Origin: Octopus vulgaris
Taxonomy: Eukaryota
Length of the DNA stretch: 64,000 bases
Assembly: GCA_951406725.2 (NCBI GenBank)
Contig: OX597816.1
Coordinates: 63,054,001-63,118,000 of the forward strand
Direction of reading: 5' to 3'
The notes below the pieces were generated by a model. It searched no databases. It had not been told where the DNA came from and worked only from the letters and a program-made list of their open reading frames with translations. Shown one piece after another: positions 55,200 to 64,000 of the stretch (position 1 is its first letter; every line of letters begins with the position of its first letter). A program made the translations under genes and the position numbers.

Positions 55200-55475
55200 C
55201 TGAACAGACTAGTCATCACTCCGTCGGTTACCACGTAGAGTGTTCTGGTTGATTCCATCAAATGGACAATCTGCACGTGAAATTAAGGTACTGAGTACTC
55301 CACAGACACACGTACTCTTAACGAAGTTATCAGGGAGATTCAGCGTGACACACAGAATGATATACAAATACAATTCATTTTTGCCAGCTGAGTGCGCTGG
55401 AGTAATATAAAATAAAGTGTTTTGCTCAAGGAGATAATGCACCGCCGGGAATCGAAACTACGACTTTACGGATCC
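55200..55475 (-). mobile_element. Old tRNA-type SINE related to family C
   Basis: Minus: gtttcgattcccggcgg...ccttgagcaaaacactttattt...ctccagcgcactcagctg. Confidence 0.55.
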
Positions 55476-56058
55476 TCTGAATTACCTGCCCCTGAAATAA
55501 CGTGTAAATGACTGAGCATTTCATAGGCACTTGTAATTCCTTTCATGTAACTCTCAAACAGAATCATGGTGATACAAAACTGGATTATAAATTCAGTTCG
55601 CCCGACGAGCGTCTATACAATTTCGGTCTACCAATTTCTCGAACACGATACGAGTCGACCGAAGGCTATGAAAAGATGATACGTGCACAAGATATCACGC
55701 AGTGGGACGAAGCGAATTTCTTAACCATATGGTTATACACAACAAAAACCATTTGGTTATATATTAGAAAACTACACAAATTAAAAACAAAAAACAAACA
55801 AACAAGAAAGACACTTTTCTATTAATAACTTATCACAAATACGTTAACTTGCGAACAAGCAATCAACTCTGGCGGTACAGTTCACGCCAATTGCATGCCT
55901 TATATAAAGAGGAAGCAATACACGCCAAAATCACTTCGTCTTGAAGATGAGAGTGCGAAGATCATGAAACGTGATGATGCATTTAAAAATAAATTCCTCC
56001 AGACAAACTGCAAACAACTTATCCGAAAATATGCAGATAAAAGATATATAAGCCACGT

Positions 56059-56229
<171 letters not shown>

Positions 56230-56271
56230 GTCTGTCTGTCTGTCTACCTATCTATCTGTCTGTCTGTTTAC

Positions 56272-56352
<81 letters not shown>

Positions 56353-56584
56353 CATGCATGTATGTATTATGTATATATGTATGTATGCAAGGAGACCGAT
56401 AGAATAAGTACTAGGCTTACAAAGAATAAGTCCTGGGGTCGATTTGCTCGCCTAAAGGCGGTGTTCCAGCATGGCCGCAGTCAAATGACTGAAACAAGTA
56501 TAAGAGAGCAAAAGAGAGTATCTATAGGGTTAGATAGCGTATGTAGTAATAATAATCTGGTTCGTCACCGGAACAAATTGTAGC

Positions 56585-57150
56585 TCGAAGAGAGATAAGT
56601 ACTATAACTCCTTTCGGACCCGATAAAATAAGCACCAAGTGAGCGCTGGGTTCCATGTAATTGGCTTACCCCTTTCTCCAAAATTACTGGCATTGTACCA
56701 AAATTTGAAACCATTATTATGCATGTATGTAAAGCGGTGAGCTAGTAGAATCGTTTGCACTCCGGAAAAATATACTAAGCCATATTTCGTCCGTCTTTAC
56801 GTTCTGAGTTCAAATTCCAGTGAGGTCGACTTCACCTTTCATCCTTTCGGGGTCGATAATATAAAGCACCAATAAAACACGATGTAATCGACTAACCCTG
56901 TGTCCTTAAAACTGCAGGCATTGTGCCAAAATTTGAAACTAATATTAATATCATGCATGTACGCAAGGTGGTGACCTGGCAGAATCGTTAGCAAGCCAGG
57001 CAAAATGCTCGGCGTCATTTCGTCCGTCTTTACGTTCTGAGTTCAAATTCCGCCGAGGTCGACTTTGCCTCTTATCCTTTCGGGGTCGATTAAATATGAG
57101 TTGAACACTGGTGTCGGTGTAATCGACTTGTCCCTTCCCTAAAATATCTG
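56585..57150 (+). mobile_element. Tandem SINE family B copies
   Basis: Heads at about 56733 and 56966; shared gtgccaaaatttgaaac ends. Confidence 0.7.
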
Positions 57151-57157
57151 TTCTTAT

Positions 57158-57545
57158 GCGTGGCTGTGTGGTAAGATGCTTGGTTCCTAACTACATGGTT
57201 CCGGGTCCAGTCCCACTGCGCGGCATCTTGGGGAAGTGTCTTCTACTATAGCCTCGGGCCGACCAAAGCCTTGTGAGTGGATTTGGTAGACGGAAACTGA
57301 AACAAACCCGTCGTATATGCATATCTGTATATGTTTTTTTGTCTGTGTTTGTCCACCCACCATCGTTTGACAACCGATGTTGGTGTGTTTTCGCCCCCGA
57401 AACTTAGCGGTTTGGCAAACCGACCGATAGAATAATACTAGGCTTACAAAGAATAGGTCCTGGGGTTCGATTCGTTCGACTAAAGGCGGTGCTACAGCAT
57501 GGCTGTTGTCAAATTATTGAAACCAGTAAAATAATAAAAGAATTA
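57158..57545 (+). mobile_element. SINE family A
   Basis: Colinear with 12440-12915. Confidence 0.8.
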
Positions 57546-57699
57546 TACATATACATGTGACATAAACTTTGCTTCGAGCAGGACTGTTATAGCTTCCTGT
57601 ACATGTTCCTGGTGCGTCCGTGCTTTCAGATGTTTCTGTCTTCTGAGAAACTGCAGGAGCTACATAAAATGTTCGGAGTTCATTTTTATTTGTTTTTTT

Positions 57700-58006
57700 G
57701 TTTGTTGTTTGTTCCTTCTCGGGCCACGCCTGGACCATAAGGGCCGGTTTCCCGGTTTCCTTGGCGCATAGGTTCCCCACCTGGATGTGACGCCGGTCCG
57801 TCGCAGGTGAGCTGCAAGATGCGGGAGGAAAGAGTGAGAGAAAGTTGTGGCGAAAGAGTCAGCAGAAGTTCGCCATTACCTTCTGCCGGGACCGCATGGA
57901 GCTTGGGTGTTTCGCTCATGAACACACACATCGCCCGGTCTGAGATTCGAACCCGCGATCCCTCGACCGCGAGTCCGCTGCTCTAACCACTAGGCCATGT
58001 GCCTCC
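57700..58006 (-). mobile_element. SINE family D, tRNA-Arg-like head (3' remnants also at 20690-20750 and 50710-50800)
   Basis: Minus: ggaggcacatggcctagtggttagagcagcggactcgcggtcgagggatcgcgggttcgaatct...ggaaaccgggaaaccggcccttatg...gaaggaacaacaaacaa. Confidence 0.8.
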
Positions 58007-58507
58007 AGAATTTTTATTTAATGGTGATCGAATGATTCAATTGTATTTTTGAAAACCCTTCCATATCTTCAGTAGGTCCCCAAGACCACCGTATTTCACA
58101 CTTTATACTGTGCCCTTCGCCTATGTGGTGTAGCGAGGACAAAATCGGGATTTTACAGCGGAAGGTTTCTATTTAGAATTTCTTGCTAACCACAATCTTT
58201 TTGAGCTAGTCTCGTATGGAATAATGATCTTCTACCTGGCTTTCTTTCCAAACTCATCTTCTGGCTTGTTTCTGTAAATATCAATTGCGATTTATATATT
58301 TAAACAGGTAAATTCCAATTACACAATACCTGTTGCATTCCTATGATGAAGATATCACTTGCGTGTACATTTGCTTAGAAAAAAACGTTCCAATGCTGGA
58401 AACACAGTTGTGTCCAGAGAACACACACACACGTATGTATGTATGTATGTTCGCACGTACGTTCATCCATTCATACATACATACATACATACATACATAC
58501 ATACATG

Positions 58508-58538
<31 letters not shown>

Positions 58539-58574
58539 GTATGAATGTTCGTACATACGTTTATGCATGCATAC

Positions 58575-58990
58575 ATACTCTCTTTACTCGTTTACTTGTT
58601 CAGTCATGTGACTGTGGCCATGCTGGAGCACCGCCTTTAGTCAAGCAAATCGACCCCGGGACTTATTCTTTGTAAGCCTTGTACTTATTCCATCGGTCTC
58701 TTTTGCCGAACCGTCACGTTAAGGGGACGTAAACACACCGGCATCGGTTGTCAAGCGATGTTGGGAGGTGAGAGGACAAACACAGACACATAAACATATA
58801 AATATACATACATATATATTTACATATATACGACAGGCTTTTTTCAGTTTCCGTCTATCAAATCCAGTCACAAGGCTTTAGTCGGCCGAAGCTACAGTAG
58901 AAGACACTTGCCCAATGTGCCACGCAGTGGGACTCAACCCGGAACCATGTGGTTGGTAAGCTAAATACTTACCACACAGCCACTCCTACG
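58575..58990 (-). mobile_element. SINE family A
   Basis: Reverse complement of family A. Confidence 0.8.
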
Positions 58991-59063
58991 CTTATACATA
59001 CATACATACATACATACATACATACATACATACATACATACATACATACATACATACATACGA

Positions 59064-59268
59064 TGTCAGTACACAAGCACGGTACACAGCAACTTTTGTT
59101 CTCCTTGCGATGCCATGTTGGGACCAGACACGAGACTGAAGAGACCGGAAGGAATTAGTTGCTCTCTGCAACCTGAAAGATATTTCCTCATCCAGGGAGC
59201 AAGAACGGCTGAGTGTGCTGCCCAGGTAGACAAACTTGTCTACTACCTTTAGAATTGTTCCTTCAACC
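59064..59268 (-). pseudogene. Internal RTE-clade RT fragment between (TACA)n arrays
   Basis: [68 protein letters not shown]. Confidence 0.85.
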
Positions 59269-59531
59269 AACCAACCAACCATACATACATACATACATAC
59301 ATACATACATACATACATACATACATACATACATACATACATACATACATACATACATACAAGTCTTTAATTCTTACTCTTCAAATGATCACAATATCGA
59401 CGACTGTAAAATTCTGCAAGACCTTCTTAATCTTTAAAAGGACGATGGTTAAAACAAGATGCGTTTCTTCACAGCCTAGCAACCAGCTAGGGAGCCGATC
59501 GAAATTTACTCCAGATTTAAAAAGGAACGAG

Positions 59532-59597
<66 letters not shown>

Positions 59598-59831
59598 TAC
59601 ATACATACATACATACATACATACATACATACATACATACATACATACATACATAGATGTAGTCGGAAGCCAGAAGCCAGGAGAAGAAAATGAACAGTGA
59701 CTTGGTCACCACTGCTGAACCACCAGCGATGTAGTGTTACAGTTCAGGGTCGTAATACCCGATGACCGTTGGATACCGTCCGATGATATCAGTTCCTGCC
59801 GGCCACCCTCATCTAGGTGTATATGTTGCTT

Positions 59832-59858
<27 letters not shown>

Positions 59859-59864
<6 letters not shown>

Positions 59865-60178
59865 CCTGTTATCATTATTATTGTTTTTTGTATTTATATT
59901 CGTATTATTTTTTGTTGGGTTTTTTTTTTTGTATTTATGTTCGTGTAACATCGTCCGTTTTTCTGTCCTTGTTTCGTATACATTCGATCCTTTTTCCAAG
60001 GGGTCTAATGCTCTTGGCTTGGTTTTTCCTTGGGGCTGGCCAGATTGGAGCAATCTCAAGATTAATTAGCCGAAATTGCGAGGATGATCTGGTTCTTGAC
60101 TGAAGATTAAAGGCTTCGAATGACCCGTCCGTGATTTTTGTATCGTCTATTTGGATGTTTTGCGTTCTTGTCCCATTT

Positions 60179-60180
<2 letters not shown>
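59859..60180 (+). mobile_element. Non-coding element between (TA)n arrays carrying the permuted hammerhead candidate
   Basis: (TA)n at 59834-59858 and 60181-60212; T-rich 3' end ttcttgtcccattttg resembles ttctgtacccatatatg of the 39.7-kb element. Confidence 0.5.
60040..60115 (+). ncRNA. Candidate non-circularly permuted hammerhead ribozyme, core intact
   Basis: ccagau-ugga-GCAA-UC-UCAAGA-uuaauu-AGCC-GAAA-UUGC-gaggaug-aucugg-u-UCUUGA-CUGAAGA-uuaaa-GGCU. Confidence 0.6.
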
Positions 60181-60245
<65 letters not shown>

Positions 60246-60487
60246 TTAAAGGCGCTGGGTTTTCTTCTGCTATCTACATAACACCAATGTATAAATAAAT
60301 AAATAAATAAATAAATGTATAAACAAATAAGTAAATATATACATATATAAAGATAAAAATACCATTTTACCATCAAGTTTCTTCACGCAGTCGAGCACAT
60401 ATATGCTTGCATGCTACCCCAATCAATACTATAACATCCATAACCACAACGACAACAACAACCACATCGACTGTGGTGGTGGTGGTG

Positions 60488-60544
<57 letters not shown>

Positions 60545-60682
60545 TTATGACCAATATAGTTCTCTTTTAATAATAAATTACACGCACTGACGGCCTGTTT
60601 TGTCCTTTAATATGAATATTATTATTAATATATATATACATACACACATACATATATATATATATATAAATATATATACATA

Positions 60683-60796
<114 letters not shown>

Positions 60797-60864
60797 CATA
60801 AAGCCGTTGGTCTCACCTCGTCATTTTTCTTTAGATAGATCGCTAACCAAACCTTTTCCCTTCG

Positions 60865-60903
60865 ACACCATCACAACTACCACAACCAACACCAACACCA
60901 CCG

Positions 60904-60954
<51 letters not shown>

Positions 60955-61346
60955 GCTCCGCCATTACTACTACCACTACGACGACCACCAACACCACCAT
61001 TGCTACTACTGCAACTACTAACACTACCACCGCCACTGCTTCTACTATTACTACTGTTACAACTACTACTGTTATTACCACTATTACCGCAGCCACTACT
61101 ACTACTACTCTCCCTACTACTACCACAACAACCACCACTACTACTACCACTACAACTACCACTACTACTACTACTATTACTACTACCACAACAACAACCA
61201 CTTCTACTACTACTACCACCACCACTACCACCACTACTACTACCACTACCACCACCATCACCACCGCCACCACCACCACCACTACTACTACTACTACCGC
61301 CATTATTACAACTACTACTACTACCACCACCACCACCACCACCACC

Positions 61347-61402
<56 letters not shown>

Positions 61403-61709
61403 GACTGTTGTTAATAATAATAATCGTTTCTACTACGAGCACAAGGCCAGCAATTTTGAGAGGATGCGGGAGGCAGACGAAGCTGATGGCATCGTCCTCA
61501 ATGCTCGATGGGTGCTCAATAAGGATATTGGGCTGAGGGTTATGCTTCCCCCTTTTTTTTTTCGATAACGAAGCGATATCGATTAACGACGATGCTTGGT
61601 AGATTTACTAGTTTGATAAACTGCAATTAACTAAACTAAACTAACTACTACTACTACTATCATCACCACCGCCACCACCACCACCACCACCACCACCACC
61701 ACCACCGGC

Positions 61710-61740
<31 letters not shown>

Positions 61741-61940
61741 ATACAACAGCAATTACTACTACTACTACTACCAGCCCCACCCCCACCAATACAACAACAG
61801 CAACTACTACTACTACTACTACTATAACTATCACCACAGCGACCATCACAACTACAACTACTACCACCACCGCCGGTACTACTACTACTACTACAATACT
61901 ACCACCACCACCAACACTACTACTACAATACTACCACCAG

Positions 61941-62004
<64 letters not shown>

Positions 62005-62005
62005 G
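60865..62005. repeat. (CTA)n/(CCA)n trinucleotide arrays (60865-61410 and 61640-62005)
   Basis: Direct reading. Confidence 0.95.
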
Positions 62006-62266
62006 CACTGACACTAACCGCGGTTATTGTTGTTGTTGTTGTCACTATTACTAACATTATTATTATTATTATTTTTTCCATCGCTTTGGAGTCGATAAGA
62101 TAAAGTACCAGTCATGTGCTAGGGGGAAAAAAAGGTGAGCAATCTTTTTTTTAGTCGACTAAGTCCCCCCACCCCCACCGCCTCCCCACACTACCACTAT
62201 TGGCTTTCTACCAAAAAAAATTTCAGACCGTTATTACTACTATTATTTGGTTTTCTTTATTCCTTT

Positions 62267-62318
<52 letters not shown>

Positions 62319-63081
62319 ATAATAGTTACTACTACAACTACTATTTTGACAACACGTTTTATTCTACTCTACTACGAAAACCTGTGACTATCACTCGCAG
62401 CAACCAACGCCCGTCTCCCGCTTTTTCGCGTTTTTTTTTTGTTTTTTTTTATTTATTTACTTTTACCCGTTTCTCGCCCCCCCCCCCATCATTCTTTACT
62501 ATATTTATACCTCATGCTATCTCCCTTTCTAAATATGAGCCAACACACACCATCAGGGCCAACACCATCACCATTTTCGTTTACTGCTATTCCGTAGTAG
62601 TATTTCGCTCTCACTTACTCGCTGTCTTACTCACTCACACTTTCACTCACTCACTCACTCATTCACTCACTCACTCGCTCACTTCGTCAGGCATTCACTC
62701 ACACACTTGCCCTATTTCCTCACACATTCACTCATTCACTCATACATTCACTCACGCACTCACTCACTCACTCACTTCGGCATTCATTTTACTCCCTCGC
62801 TCGATCACTCACTCATAACATTCACTCACTCACTCACTCACACATTTATTCACTCTCTCACTCTTTCACTCACTCACTCAGTCACTTACTCAAGCCCGTC
62901 ATTCACTCAAACACCACCTCCCCCTCTCCCTCAGCACGATAGCTACCGCTACCAGGAGCACTACTATCACCATCACCATCACCACCACCACCACCACCGC
63001 CGCCGCCACCGCCACCACCGCCACCACTACTACACCTAGTTATTGCTCTTGTGGAAAATCTGGCGCAGTCGAGGCCTGCCT

Positions 63082-63171
63082 ATGACATCGTTAACTATGC
63101 TGAGGTTTTTAACGCAGAAACTAAAATCACAATCTATTAATGAGAGCCAGCCATACAATAATAACAGCCAG
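63082..63171 (+). CDS. Candidate first coding exon of an unidentified host gene (MTSLTMLRFLTQKLKSQSINESQPYNNNSQ)
   Basis: Non-repetitive, 30 codons, upstream in-frame stop (63037-63039), two ATGs in reasonable context, ends at a strong phase-0 donor CAG|GTAAGA; product not recognised. Confidence 0.4.
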
Positions 63172-63390
63172 GTAAGAGATAAAAACTCATCGCTGTTATT
63201 GTTTGTTATTGAATTCGTCCAAGATTATTGCTGTTGTTGTTCTTGTTGTTTATATTCATCTATTTAGTAATATCTGTTGGTTTATTTATTTACCTATTTA
63301 TTTACTTTATTTACTTTTGGAAAGGGTATAGGACGGGATTCTTTTTTTTTTTCCGTGCAGGGTCTCGTATGTGTTTGTGTATGTTTGTAA

Positions 63391-63457
<67 letters not shown>

Positions 63458-63604
63458 AAGTACGTATTTATGTATAAATATATATGTGTGTGGACATGAT
63501 GTATATATTTGTGTGTATATATACATACATATATACACATGTATACAAATACATACATGTGGTGTGTATATGCATTTGTAAATTATACATATATAATTAT
63601 ACTT

Positions 63605-63666
<62 letters not shown>

Positions 63667-63707
63667 CTTATAGTTATATTTTCTGTATCTGTACACATAC
63701 ATACATG

Positions 63708-63773
<66 letters not shown>

Positions 63774-64000
63774 TACATACATACACTCTCGCACATACAC
63801 ACACATATATATATACGTACACACGTCCATGCATACATTCATACTTGCACACATGCATGCACACACATACATACATACATACATACATACATACATACAT
63901 ACATACATACATACATACATACAAACGTACACACTTTTTCACATTGTCTAAATCGACTGTCAGAATCCCGTTCTTTGTGTTGTAAAGTTTCTCCTTAATT

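Overview
AT-rich, microsatellite-saturated animal DNA. The SINE families and (TA)n/(TATG)n/(TAGA)n load look like an octopus (coleoid cephalopod) genome; this is an inference, not a database result. The window is essentially intergenic/intronic, and almost all ORFs in the track are microsatellite artefacts. Real coding remnants are transposon-derived: a 5'-truncated RTE LINE (24.8-27.0 kb), RTE, CR1, Tx1/L1-like and restriction-like-endonuclease LINE fragments, a mariner fragment, a Helitron helicase fragment, and two Penelope-like element (PLE) GIY-YIG endonuclease ends. There are also non-autonomous Helitrons, Tigger-like elements, several tRNA-type SINE families and a 5S rRNA pseudogene. 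One candidate host first coding exon sits at 63082-63171. The striking content is non-coding: about 14 hammerhead ribozyme (HHR) motifs from at least 6 families, mostly in elements inserted into (TA)n and often arranged as fold-back inverted duplications with a one-sided tail. They include a 2.45-kb PLE palindrome, a tRNA-headed SINE carrying an HHR, a 490-bp retrozyme-like tandem unit with an expanded stem II, and a family with a CUGUNGA core. Two sequence-unrelated motifs (39.8 kb and 60.1 kb) have the three hammerhead strands in the non-circularly permuted order C-B-A, plus an extra helix. All RNA pairings were read by eye; no folding, alignment or database search was run.
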